A stretch of 64,000 bases of DNA from Arcobacteraceae bacterium. Lineage in GTDB: Bacteria > Campylobacterota > Campylobacteria > Campylobacterales > Arcobacteraceae. Below, piece by piece: positions 1 through 14,097 of this stretch. A program made the translations under genes and the position numbers. The notes beneath the pieces are model-generated. The model had not been told where the DNA came from. It saw only the letters and a program-made list of their open reading frames with translations, and ran no database searches. Every line of letters begins with the position of its first letter. Positions within the stretch are counted from its first letter, which is position 1. The stretch covers positions 448,001 through 512,000 of the forward strand of contig CBDCZH010000015.1 in the NCBI GenBank assembly GCA_965224485.1. The letters are read 5' to 3'.

Positions 1-2680
<2,680 letters not shown>

Positions 2681-3053
2681 AATAATAAATAGAGTTAAAC
2701 TCTATCGCTTTTTGATAATTATTCTTTGGCTACTATCTTATTAAATGTACAAGTACATTAATAATATAGTATTGTGTTCTATCTATTTCTAGATAATTTA
2801 AATTTTGTTATTAAACTACTTTCATACGAAAATAATTTAACGAAAAAATTAAAGACTTTAACAATAAATTTTTAAATAACATGTAACCTAAGTTACGTTT
2901 TGATCCGAAAATCAAATATAAATTCTACATGTAGAACTTATATTTAATTTACGATTCTTTTAATTAAGGCTTATAATCTTTATAAACCGAACATAATACT
3001 CTGTAATATTTTAGTTACTAGCATAAGAAACGAATCTTATGCTACTTACTCTG
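2681..3053 (-). other. 16S-23S internal transcribed spacer, no tRNA genes
   Basis: ~370 nt, AT-rich, several short hairpins, no T-loop/cloverleaf motif visible. Confidence 0.85.
2977..3004 (-). other. 3' arm of the 16S processing (RNase III) stem, pairs with leader 4743-4770
   Basis: tctttataaaccgaacataatactctgt is a near-perfect reverse complement of acagagtatcatattcggtttataaaga. Confidence 0.8.
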
Positions 3054-4572
<1,519 letters not shown>

Positions 4573-4792
4573 GGTAGTTTGAAACTGACAATATTTATAA
4601 TTGTTACATTACAAAATCATCACTCAAAATAGTTTTTACTACAAGTAGTAAAAGCTTAATAGACAAAGATATGTTTTACCATATTCTTGTTTTCTAATAT
4701 TATCAATATGTTTGTTTAACCTATGTCATATTACATAGTTAAACAGAGTATCATATTCGGTTTATAAAGATTACTCTTTTTAAACCTTAAGT

Positions 4793-4804
4793 TGTTAAAG
4801 AACA
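4793..4804 (-). promoter_or_regulatory. rrn leader boxA antitermination element
   Basis: Minus strand TGTTCTTTAACA vs consensus TGCTCTTTAACA, in the 16S leader. Confidence 0.7.
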
Positions 4805-4865
4805 TCCAGACTCTCATGTTACCACCGCTCTTTCGTTTGGTGTGTATCACTTAAATTGGACGGGA

Positions 4866-4894
4866 ATTATAGACAATTTATTCTCTTTTGTCAA
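4866..4894 (-). promoter_or_regulatory. sigma70 rRNA promoter
   Basis: Minus strand TTGACA-17 nt-TATAAT, perfect consensus, followed by a GC-containing discriminator. Confidence 0.92.
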
Positions 4895-5021
4895 GGGTTT
4901 ACTCTTCGATTTGGCTTAAATTTTGATTTTTTGTATTTTAAATACTTTTTAACACTATTTATACATATAAAAGCTTAATTTTCTTTAAGTTATAATAAAT
5001 TAAATTATTAAAAGGCCCAAT

Positions 5022-5795
5022 ATGATCAATACCCTAAGTATTCAGATAAAAGAACTTGAATTAATGAATAAATATCCTAAAGAGATATATTATATTGGAA
5101 ATACAAAACTCTTAAACAATAAAAAGATTTCAATTGTAGGTGCAAGAAGACCAAATCAATATGCAAGAACACTAACATATGAAATTTCAAAAAGATTATC
5201 AAATGCAGGTATAACTATTATAAGTGGAGGAGCAATGGGTATTGATACAATTGCGCATAAAGCAGCAGGATTTAACAATACTATAATGGTAGCAGGAACA
5301 GGTTTAGATAATAGATATCCTAGTATAAATATAAATATGATTAAAAGTATAGAAGAGCAAGGTTTACTTATATCAATGTTTAAAGAAAAAACACCCTCCT
5401 TTATATATAACTTTCCAATAAGAAATGAACTTGTTGTAGCTTTAGGTGATATATTAATAGTCTCTTTTGCTGAAAAAAACTCAGGAACCCTAAGAAGTGT
5501 AGAATATGCCCTTAAAATGAAAAAAGAAATTTATGTTCTACCTCATAGACTTAATGAAAGTAATGGAAGTAATATGCTTTTAAAAAATGGTTTAGCAAAG
5601 GCTATTTATGACCTAGATGAATTTGTAGAAAAATTTACATTTAAAAATAAAATAGAAATAAAAGATAAGTTTTTAATCTTTTGCAAAACAAATCCAAGTT
5701 ATGAAGAAGCCTTGAAAAAACATGGCTCCTTAGTTTATGAATATGAACTAGATTCTAAAATAAAAATCATAAATGGCAAAATATTCTTAGTTTAA
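5022..5795 (+). CDS. dprA: DNA-processing protein DprA/Smf
   Basis: IVGARR, ISGGAMGIDTIAH, FPIRNE, SGTL motifs. Confidence 0.95.
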   Translation: MINTLSIQIKELELMNKYPKEIYYIGNTKLLNNKKISIVGARRPNQYARTLTYEISKRLSNAGITIISGGAMGIDTIAHKAAGFNNTIMVAGTGLDNRYPSININMIKSIEEQGLLISMFKEKTPSFIYNFPIRNELVVALGDILIVSFAEKNSGTLRSVEYALKMKKEIYVLPHRLNESNGSNMLLKNGLAKAIYDLDEFVEKFTFKNKIEIKDKFLIFCKTNPSYEEALKKHGSLVYEYELDSKIKIINGKIFLV

Positions 5796-6980
5796 TCAAG
5801 TTTTACAAAAACGTTTTGATTTAGCTTTTAATAAAATTAAATAACCAATAAGACCTGAAACAAAAGAACCTATAAGTATTGCTAATTTATCCGTATACAA
5901 ATATAAACTATCATCTGGATATGCCAAAGCATCAATGAATAAACTCATAGTAAAACCAATACCTGTTAAAACAGAAATTCCATATATTTGCAACCAAGAG
6001 GTACACTTGGGCAGTTTCGCAAACTTTAATTTAACAGCTATAAAAACAAAAGTAAAGACTCCAACTTGTTTTCCTACAAATAAGCCCAAGAGAATCCCTA
6101 AGCTAACGTTATTACTCATTGCATTTAAATCAATATGTTTTAAATCTATTCCTGCATTTGCAAAAGCAAAAAGGGGAAGAATTATAAAAGCAACCCAATA
6201 ATGTATTATATGTCTTATTTTATTAGCAGGAGAATAATGTTTACCCTTATAGTTTTGCAAATCTAAAGGAATTAAAAATGCTAGAATTATACCTGCTAAG
6301 GTTGCGTGAACACCTGATTTTAATACAGATATCCACAATATAGTACCTACTATCATATAAGCAGAAATATTTGTGACCTTTAACCTGTTTAAAATAAAAA
6401 GAACTAAAATAGAAATTAAGGCAGCAAAAATAGAAATACTTGATAAGTCACTTGTATAAAAAACTGCAATTATTAGAATTGCACCAATATCATCAAAAAT
6501 AGCTAAAGCCATAAGAAATATTTTTAAACTAGTAGGAATTCGTTTTCCTAAAAAAGATAAAATTCCTAAGGCAAAAGCGATATCTGTTGCTGTTGGAATG
6601 GCCCAACCTCGAATTGCAATATCATCATCATAATTAAAATATGTAAATATTAAAGCTGGAACTACCATACCACCAACAGCTGCAATTGCAGGAAGGGCAA
6701 TCTTACTCCAAGTTGAGAGATGACCTGCTATTAATTCTCTTTTAATTTCTAAACCAATAACTAAAAAGAAAAGGGTCATAAAACCGTCATTTATCCAAAG
6801 ATATAGAGGTTTATCAATTATTAAACTTCCAATTGAAAAAACAATTTTAACATGTAATAAATCAAAATACATTTGAGCAAAGGGTGAATTTCTTAATATT
6901 AATGCAAAAATTGTCACAAACATTAAAATAATTCCAGATGATGACTCTTTTTTAATAAAACCTCTTACAAGTATTTTCAT
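5796..6980 (-). CDS. nhaA: Na+/H+ antiporter NhaA
   Basis: WINDGFM, ATDIAFALG, LAIFDD, LKSGVHAT, GIGFTMSLFI motifs. Confidence 0.97.
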   Translation of the reverse strand: MKILVRGFIKKESSSGIILMFVTIFALILRNSPFAQMYFDLLHVKIVFSIGSLIIDKPLYLWINDGFMTLFFLVIGLEIKRELIAGHLSTWSKIALPAIAAVGGMVVPALIFTYFNYDDDIAIRGWAIPTATDIAFALGILSFLGKRIPTSLKIFLMALAIFDDIGAILIIAVFYTSDLSSISIFAALISILVLFILNRLKVTNISAYMIVGTILWISVLKSGVHATLAGIILAFLIPLDLQNYKGKHYSPANKIRHIIHYWVAFIILPLFAFANAGIDLKHIDLNAMSNNVSLGILLGLFVGKQVGVFTFVFIAVKLKFAKLPKCTSWLQIYGISVLTGIGFTMSLFIDALAYPDDSLYLYTDKLAILIGSFVSGLIGYLILLKAKSKRFCKT

Positions 6981-7061
6981 AGTTTCCCCAAGCGTTATTA
7001 TAATTATTTTTATTATAACTATAATATAATAAATCTCTTTACAAAAGCTTTTAAGAAAAAA

Positions 7062-8369
7062 TTACGTATGAGTTCTTAGTTGGTAAGTAATATCTCCTGC
7101 TCCTACACCTAAAATAAGACCCTTATCATATGTTTTAATAATTTTATTATCTTTAACTATATCAATTTTACCATTCTTAGAAATAACCTTAGATGCAAAA
7201 ATTGGATTATAAGAAGCAAACTCTTTTTCAAAATTTATATCAATTTTTTGCTCACCTTTAACTGTCCAAATAGGAAGTATAATTAACTCATCACAAAGTT
7301 TAAAACACTTTTTGAAACCTTCTAAGTTATCATAGGTTCTTGAATATTTATGTGGTTGCCAAATAACAACTTTTTTACTTAATTTTTTTATATTATCATA
7401 TAATTCAACTGATTTCATTGTTACTTCTATTTCAGTTGGGTGATGTGCATAATCATCAATCACAACAAAGTCCTCAGATTTTTGTAAAATATCAAAACGT
7501 TTTTTTATACCCTTATAGTTTTTAAGATTATCTCTAATTATTTCCACATCTAATTCATTTAAAGCAGCAAGAATAGCTAAAGATGTATTAATCGCAATAT
7601 GATATCCAAACCCCCAAACTTCAAAATAACCATACTCTTTTAGCTGAAACTTTGTATAGGGTTCATCTTCTTTTAAAATATAAGAAATATTTTTAATATC
7701 AAGGCTTGGATACAAATTAATAGCCCCTTTTACATTAAAAGTTTTTATATATTCATCTTCTGCATTTAAAACTTTAATTTTTCCTTGATTTATAAAATTT
7801 TTATAAGAGTCAAAAAATTTATCATAATCATAATTATAATATTCCATATGCTCAGGTTCAGCATTTGTTACAATTGAACAGTAAGGATTTGATAATAAAA
7901 AACTAGCATCACTTTCATCTGCTTCAAAAGCAAGTATATTATCAACATATCTAAAATTTGAATTAAAATCTTTTGAAATAGCACCTATTAGTGCTGAACA
8001 GTTTAATATTGAACTTAATATTGCTGTTGTTGTTGATTTTCCATGAGCTCCAGCAACACAATAATTTTTCTTATCCCCTAAAACTAAAGGCAAGGCTTCT
8101 TTTCTTGATAAAGTACGTATCTGCCTTATTCTAGACTCAATTAATTCAGGATTTTCATCACTAATAGCAGCTGAGTAAATTACAATATCAGGGTCTTTTA
8201 TATTTGAGGCACTTTGAGGTGTACTTACCTTTATACCTTCACTTATAAGTTGTTTAGTTATGGGACTCTCACTCATATCAGAACCACTAACTTCATAAGA
8301 GTCATTTTTCAAAAATCTTGCAAGGGCAGATAATCCAATGCCCCCTATTCCTATAAAATGTACCTTCAT
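7062..8369 (-). CDS. murC: UDP-N-acetylmuramate--L-alanine ligase
   Basis: HFIGIGGIGLS, GAHGKSTTT, EADESD, DDYAHHPTEI. Confidence 0.97.
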   Translation of the reverse strand: MKVHFIGIGGIGLSALARFLKNDSYEVSGSDMSESPITKQLISEGIKVSTPQSASNIKDPDIVIYSAAISDENPELIESRIRQIRTLSRKEALPLVLGDKKNYCVAGAHGKSTTTAILSSILNCSALIGAISKDFNSNFRYVDNILAFEADESDASFLLSNPYCSIVTNAEPEHMEYYNYDYDKFFDSYKNFINQGKIKVLNAEDEYIKTFNVKGAINLYPSLDIKNISYILKEDEPYTKFQLKEYGYFEVWGFGYHIAINTSLAILAALNELDVEIIRDNLKNYKGIKKRFDILQKSEDFVVIDDYAHHPTEIEVTMKSVELYDNIKKLSKKVVIWQPHKYSRTYDNLEGFKKCFKLCDELIILPIWTVKGEQKIDINFEKEFASYNPIFASKVISKNGKIDIVKDNKIIKTYDKGLILGVGAGDITYQLRTHT

Positions 8370-8370
8370 C

Positions 8371-8949
8371 TTATGCCAATAAATGTTTTAATTTTTCATA
8401 TTCGCTATGTAAAATTTTCTCATTATTTTTAATATACTCTAAAACATCAAATTTAAAAGTCATAATAAAATAACCATATTTATCATCTTCATTAATAAAA
8501 CTTTGGTCAACTTCTTTTTCATAAAAACTATCTAAATCAACATTTTTACATAAAGCAATTACTAAAATTTTAATTGCATTTTGTAATTTTTCATCGTTAA
8601 TAATATTAAGTAACACAAAAAGTAATTCTTTTGCACCTTGTAAATTTTCATACGACCACTTTTCAATTGCATGTTCATAAAAAGACCTAACATAAAAAAG
8701 TTCATCTTTTTCTAGAGACAATGTTTCACCAGAATTAACTATTTTCTCAACATTCTCAAAAGAAATTTTTAAAATATTCTCATAAACAGTGTTAATTTTT
8801 TCTTCTTCTAAGTCTAAAATTAAAAGTGAATCTAAAACTTCGTATAAAGCAGAAATATTCTTAGTGCTTATTGCATCTACTCTTGTTTTCTCCAAATACT
8901 CTAAAAACTCTGGGTTACTTCTTGCTTCATTTAACTCATCATGCGTCAT
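8371..8949 (-). CDS. hypothetical helical protein, coupled to dapC and murC
   Basis: 192-aa ORF overlapping dapC stop; no recognised motif. Confidence 0.75.
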   Translation of the reverse strand: MTHDELNEARSNPEFLEYLEKTRVDAISTKNISALYEVLDSLLILDLEEEKINTVYENILKISFENVEKIVNSGETLSLEKDELFYVRSFYEHAIEKWSYENLQGAKELLFVLLNIINDEKLQNAIKILVIALCKNVDLDSFYEKEVDQSFINEDDKYGYFIMTFKFDVLEYIKNNEKILHSEYEKLKHLLA

Positions 8950-10072
8950 TCATAAAATCCTTTAATCTATTTAATACTTCTTTAGTTTTTTCTTCATTCT
9001 CTACTAAGGCAATTCTTATATAATTTTTTCCTATACCTTCTCTACCTAAAAAACTTCCTGGTAATACTTTAATATTTTTACTCTCATATAGCTTTTTAGT
9101 AAATTCTAATTCATCTTTAACTTCTAACCAAATATAAAAAGTTGAAGTAGGTATTTTAATACCTAAAATATTTTTAGCAAGTAAAAAATTATTTTTATAT
9201 ATTTTTCTAAAAGATGCTACATGTTCTTCATTATCCCATGCTTTTGCAGCTGCATATTGTAAAGGAACAGGAGAAGCACAACCTATAAATGTTCTATACT
9301 TCGAATAAGCTCTTAAAATAGTCTCATCACCTGCTATAAAACCAGAGCGCAAACCTGGAGCTGAGCTTCTTTTTGAAATTGAATTTAAAACTATAATGTT
9401 TTTAAAACTTGGATTATTTGCATGCAGTGATGCTTGCAAAAGTGAAGCTGGTTTATTTTCTTCATCAAAATAAATTTCAGAATAACATTCATCATTTATT
9501 AAAATAAAATCAAACTCTAAAGCTTTTTTTACCCATACACTTAAAGATTCTAAACTCATATTAGAAGCTGTTGGATTATTTGGATAGTTCAAAATAACTA
9601 AATCACATTTTTTAAGTTCTTCATCACTTAATTTTGCTTGGAAATCATTTTGCTTTGTTAGATTTATATGAATAACTTCTGCCCTACTAGCAATTGCAGC
9701 ACCTTCATAAATTTGGTAAAAAGGATTTGTATAAGCCATTACTGGATTCTTTTTATCAAATAAAATAAATTGAGGAAAGTTAAATAAAACCTCTCGTGTT
9801 CCAAAAGTAGGAATAATTTCCTCTTTTTTTAGTTTTATAGAAAATCTTTTTTCAAAAAAACCTAACATTGCATCTTTTATAATACTTAAACCAGCACTAG
9901 CAGGGTATTTTTTTAAAAACTCACTTTTATTTGCAAGTTCTTCTTGTATAAACATCGGAGTTTCAAACTGAGGTTCTCCAATAGTTAAAGAAGATAACTC
10001 ATAACTATCATTTGCTTTTATACCTTCTAATAATTTAGTTAATTTTTCAAAAGGATAGGTTTCAAACTTCAT
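8939..10072 (-). CDS. dapC: succinyldiaminopimelate transaminase (PLP class I/II)
   Basis: YPFEKL, NYPNNPT, DECYSEIY, SISKRSSAPGLRSGF. Confidence 0.9.
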   Translation of the reverse strand: MKFETYPFEKLTKLLEGIKANDSYELSSLTIGEPQFETPMFIQEELANKSEFLKKYPASAGLSIIKDAMLGFFEKRFSIKLKKEEIIPTFGTREVLFNFPQFILFDKKNPVMAYTNPFYQIYEGAAIASRAEVIHINLTKQNDFQAKLSDEELKKCDLVILNYPNNPTASNMSLESLSVWVKKALEFDFILINDECYSEIYFDEENKPASLLQASLHANNPSFKNIIVLNSISKRSSAPGLRSGFIAGDETILRAYSKYRTFIGCASPVPLQYAAAKAWDNEEHVASFRKIYKNNFLLAKNILGIKIPTSTFYIWLEVKDELEFTKKLYESKNIKVLPGSFLGREGIGKNYIRIALVENEEKTKEVLNRLKDFMNDA

Positions 10073-10091
10073 ATTGTGCCTTAGTTTTATT

Positions 10092-11516
10092 TTAATCTTC
10101 TACTATAGGAATTAGTAATTGATTGTATCTTTTCATATCAAAAGCTAATAAATCAGAATTTGTATAAAAGAATTCAGGGAAATATCTTTTTTTGAACATA
10201 TTCTTTTTTAAAGGCATGATTTGTAAGATATTGTTTTGAGATTTCAACTCACGAATTGGGTTTTTATTATTAGCTATTATTTCAACTTTTTGATTAAATA
10301 TTTTTGCTAAATTTTCAAAATGATCTAATAAATCATTTTTATTTTCATCACCAATAGGATCCATGTCTAAAATTTTTGTTTTTGTTTTTAACTGAGAAGA
10401 AATATCAAATACAATTGGAGATATTTGCTCATAAGAACTTGTATCATCTAAAAGAACGAAAGTATCTTGAATATCTTCTAAGTTTTCAATACCTAATTTT
10501 AAAACAGGAACTCTTACCTCATCAAGCTCTTTTAGAATTTCTTTATTTCTAAATAATTCATATGAAAATATCATCATTCCAATATCAAATTTTTTCATAT
10601 CATGTACTAAAGTTTTATAAAAAGAGTTTCTTGAATAATCAATATGAAGTATTATATTGTCATTATTTTTCAACTCATTTTTAATATAATTCATTAATGA
10701 AGGTGTAGTTGGTTTAGTAATTCTTAATATTAATTTTTGGTTTTTTATATACTTATGCAGGTATTTTGCTTCTTTTATAGCTTTTTTTACTTGATACTCT
10801 TTTTGTAAATAAAGATCTAAATATAAATATATATTATGTCCAAAAGGCATAGGAAACTGACCTTGCGTTTTATCAATTGCATTATACACTTGCATTAAAA
10901 CATCTGGATTTCCAATAATCAAAATAATATCATTAGGTTTTAGAATTAAAGAAGGTTTTATATTTACTAATTTTTGATTTCTATAAAGACCAAATATTTT
11001 CCATTCATTTTGTTCAATTGAACCTATATACCTATAAGCGTATGAAGAACCAAAAGGAATTCTAATCTCCATAATCTCACCTTGTTTTAAACCAATATTT
11101 TGAGCAAGCACAGGAACATTTGGCAAACGCTCAACCATTCCATTTGCTAGAACATCAATACCTTGATAAACATTTACATAAGCATCTTTTAATTCAATTC
11201 CCCAATAATCTAAAATATTAATTTGCAGAGTTCGTTTCTGTTCTTTTATATTATCAATTACGTTTAGCATTTCATCTTTTGAATTTAATGCAATTAAAAC
11301 TTCACTATGGGTATTTTTTTCTAAAACCATTGCTAGTTTAGAACTAGAGGTTGGATCAAATTTAAAAAAAGTGAAATTTGATGGTCTTTGCTCTGGTAAA
11401 ATAATGTCATTTATAAAAACGACATCATAATAGTTTTCACCAGTATTTACATCAATAATTCTTTGTAATAATTTTTTTGCAACAATGCCATCTAAAATAA
11501 CTAATATTTTTTTCAT
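10092..11516 (-). CDS. COG3400-like protein with RCK/TrkA-C domain
   Basis: GEIMEIRIPFGSSYAYRYIG...LKPNDIILIIG TrkA-C-like segment; ATG start MKKILVILDG. Confidence 0.7.
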   Translation of the reverse strand: MKKILVILDGIVAKKLLQRIIDVNTGENYYDVVFINDIILPEQRPSNFTFFKFDPTSSSKLAMVLEKNTHSEVLIALNSKDEMLNVIDNIKEQKRTLQINILDYWGIELKDAYVNVYQGIDVLANGMVERLPNVPVLAQNIGLKQGEIMEIRIPFGSSYAYRYIGSIEQNEWKIFGLYRNQKLVNIKPSLILKPNDIILIIGNPDVLMQVYNAIDKTQGQFPMPFGHNIYLYLDLYLQKEYQVKKAIKEAKYLHKYIKNQKLILRITKPTTPSLMNYIKNELKNNDNIILHIDYSRNSFYKTLVHDMKKFDIGMMIFSYELFRNKEILKELDEVRVPVLKLGIENLEDIQDTFVLLDDTSSYEQISPIVFDISSQLKTKTKILDMDPIGDENKNDLLDHFENLAKIFNQKVEIIANNKNPIRELKSQNNILQIMPLKKNMFKKRYFPEFFYTNSDLLAFDMKRYNQLLIPIVED

Positions 11517-11584
11517 GCGCAAGTATATCCTCTTATTACTAAAGGTTTTGTTTCTTAAAAAATATTACTGTTATGATGTGAATT

Positions 11585-13201
11585 TTACTCTTCATAAAGA
11601 GGGATACTTAAAGAAAAAACTGCTCCATCTTTTATATTTGCACACTTAACTTTTCCATTCATATTCTGTTCAACTATAATTTTACTCATGTATAAACCAA
11701 TTCCTGTACCATTTCCATCATCTTTTGTAGTGAAATATGCTTCATATATATTAGGCATTATTTTCTCACTAATTCCACCTGCATTATCCAAAACTTCTAA
11801 AATACCATACTTATCATCACTTGATATTTTTACTATAATTTTAGGTTCTTTAATTTTATTTTCAAGTAAAGCATCTTTAGCATTTGATAATATATTTAAC
11901 AAGGCTTGAGCAAACTCATTTGGAAAACCATAAACATAAATATCATTAGGTGTTTCATATAATACTTTTATATTATATAGTTTAAAACTAGAATCAACTA
12001 GCTCCATTGTTCGATCTAAACTCTCTTGCAATTTAAACTTTTCTTTTATTTTATTTGGTTTAAAGAAGTTTCTAAAATCATCAATCGTTTTACTCATCAT
12101 TCTAGTTAATTTCATAGAATCATTTACAGATTTATTCATAAAAGAATCACTAAGATTATTCATAGAATAACCTAAATTCATATTTTGAATAATTATTCCT
12201 AAAGCATTTAAAGGCTGTCTCCATTGATGGGCAATATTTCCAATCATTTCACCCATCGCTGCAAGCCTTGATTGATAAATTAACATTTCTTCTTGTTCAC
12301 GTCTTTTATTAATCTCTTCTTTTACCTTATGATCAAGATTTTTATTAAGTTCACTAAGCTCTAAAGATTTCTGCTTTAAACTATTATTTGCAGATTCTAG
12401 TTCATATGTTCTTGCTTGAACTCTTAATTCCAAATCTTCATGTGAAGCTTTTAATTTTTTTCTTGAATCTGCTAGATTTTTTATCATTTCATTAAATGTT
12501 TGGGTTAGTTCCCCTATTTCATCATCTCTTGTAATATCAAGTTCAATAATTAAATTATCATATGAAATATTTTTTACTTTTTCATTTAATGAAATAATTG
12601 GATCAGAAAATATTCTAGCTACATAATACGAAACCACAACAGACACAACTAATACACTAAATAAAAGATACATGAAGTTTAAATATATAGCTTGTATTTC
12701 TTTCTTGTAAGCACTTAAATCATAACTTAAGTGTAACCATCCCCAAGAAATACCAGAAAAGTATATAGGATAAGTAAAATGGAAAACTTTTTCATTTAAG
12801 ATTGGAGATTCTAGAATTCCATAACTTTCTTTGTTATTTTGCATTTTTTTAAATATTTCATCTAATTTTGTATCAAACTTCCAAGAATTTTTTTGTATTA
12901 TAAAAACAGAATCATCAGTTTTGGAAATTATTATAGTTTTTATATTTTTTGAGTTTTTTATATATTCTGAGTTGAATTCAATTAAATATGAATTATCATC
13001 AATTATTAAAGCATCTGAGGAAACAAAAGTAATTGACTTTGAAATTGACCTTGCTTCTGATTGTAGAAGTTTTAATAATGACTCTTTTTGTAAGGTAACT
13101 TCTATAAAACCAAAAATTAACGTAGCTGTAACTATTCCTAAAAAAAGTAGTTTAAATACTTTAAAAAATAGTTTATTGCCATCAACTTTAAACATATTCA
13201 T
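11585..13201 (-). CDS. membrane sensor histidine kinase (periplasmic domain, HAMP, HisKA, HATPase)
   Basis: Two TM helices, DEIGELTQTFNEM HAMP, IAHQWRQPL H-box, NAKDA, DNAGGI, GTGIGLY. Confidence 0.95.
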   Translation of the reverse strand: MNMFKVDGNKLFFKVFKLLFLGIVTATLIFGFIEVTLQKESLLKLLQSEARSISKSITFVSSDALIIDDNSYLIEFNSEYIKNSKNIKTIIISKTDDSVFIIQKNSWKFDTKLDEIFKKMQNNKESYGILESPILNEKVFHFTYPIYFSGISWGWLHLSYDLSAYKKEIQAIYLNFMYLLFSVLVVSVVVSYYVARIFSDPIISLNEKVKNISYDNLIIELDITRDDEIGELTQTFNEMIKNLADSRKKLKASHEDLELRVQARTYELESANNSLKQKSLELSELNKNLDHKVKEEINKRREQEEMLIYQSRLAAMGEMIGNIAHQWRQPLNALGIIIQNMNLGYSMNNLSDSFMNKSVNDSMKLTRMMSKTIDDFRNFFKPNKIKEKFKLQESLDRTMELVDSSFKLYNIKVLYETPNDIYVYGFPNEFAQALLNILSNAKDALLENKIKEPKIIVKISSDDKYGILEVLDNAGGISEKIMPNIYEAYFTTKDDGNGTGIGLYMSKIIVEQNMNGKVKCANIKDGAVFSLSIPLYEE

Positions 13202-13208
13202 ATTCCTT

Positions 13209-14093
13209 TTATTGATTATATCGTTTTTTTAATTCTAAGTATTCTTTATAAAAAAGTTCTATTTCTTTTAGATAATCTTTTTGAACAAATTTTATACTAT
13301 GGGCTTTTGCTAGAACTAAAATATCTTGTACTTTACTTTTTAACTTTTCTATTGTTGTTAGCTCATTAAAAGTATTTTCTAATTCTTTAGTTCTACTTTT
13401 TTTAAAAAATGCTACTGCGAAAAAGAAAATTTCATCTGACTTTTTAATTATTCTTATTTTCTTTTTAAGAGTAGGATTAAGCTCAATCATTATCTCCCAA
13501 GCACTTCTTGAGATAATAGCAAAATCAGATTTTTTAAAATATACATCTAAGATAGCTAAAGATTCACTTCTTTTTTTAATTTCCAATTTTATTAAGTTTT
13601 TATATGATTTTTTATTACTTTCTAATGACAATTTATCTAACCAAATTCTAATTGTATTATTCTCAAAATATGAAGTCAGAATCTTATTTTTTATATCTTT
13701 TATAGAATTGATATTTGAACTAGTATTTGCGATAAGATAGTATTGTTTATAATCTCTTATGCTATCTTTAATAATAAAGAATTTTTTCGAATTATTATTG
13801 ATTTCTTTTTGGTTTTTTAAATAATCAATAGCTTTTATAGCTAAGATATCTAGTTTAGAAGATTTAGTAAAATCTGATATTATTTCTTCTGTACTTTCAT
13901 AAAAAGTTAAATTTAATTTCTTATGATAAATATTTAATGCATCAGCAAAAATTTTTTGAAAACCTAAACGTATATCTTTAATCTTTCTAAAATCATTATT
14001 TTCTACATTAATACCAAGAGTATATTCTACTTTTTCATTTGCTTGTAATATACATAAGTTAAATGATATTAATAGTAAAAATAATTTAATCAT
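13209..14093 (-). CDS. periplasmic PhnD/SsuA-fold substrate-binding protein
   Basis: Signal peptide; INSIKDIKNK and AILDVYFKKSDFAII segments typical of PBP2 phosphonate-binding-like family. Confidence 0.7.
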   Translation of the reverse strand: MIKLFLLLISFNLCILQANEKVEYTLGINVENNDFRKIKDIRLGFQKIFADALNIYHKKLNLTFYESTEEIISDFTKSSKLDILAIKAIDYLKNQKEINNNSKKFFIIKDSIRDYKQYYLIANTSSNINSIKDIKNKILTSYFENNTIRIWLDKLSLESNKKSYKNLIKLEIKKRSESLAILDVYFKKSDFAIISRSAWEIMIELNPTLKKKIRIIKKSDEIFFFAVAFFKKSRTKELENTFNELTTIEKLKSKVQDILVLAKAHSIKFVQKDYLKEIELFYKEYLELKKRYNQ

Positions 14094-14097
14094 GAGC

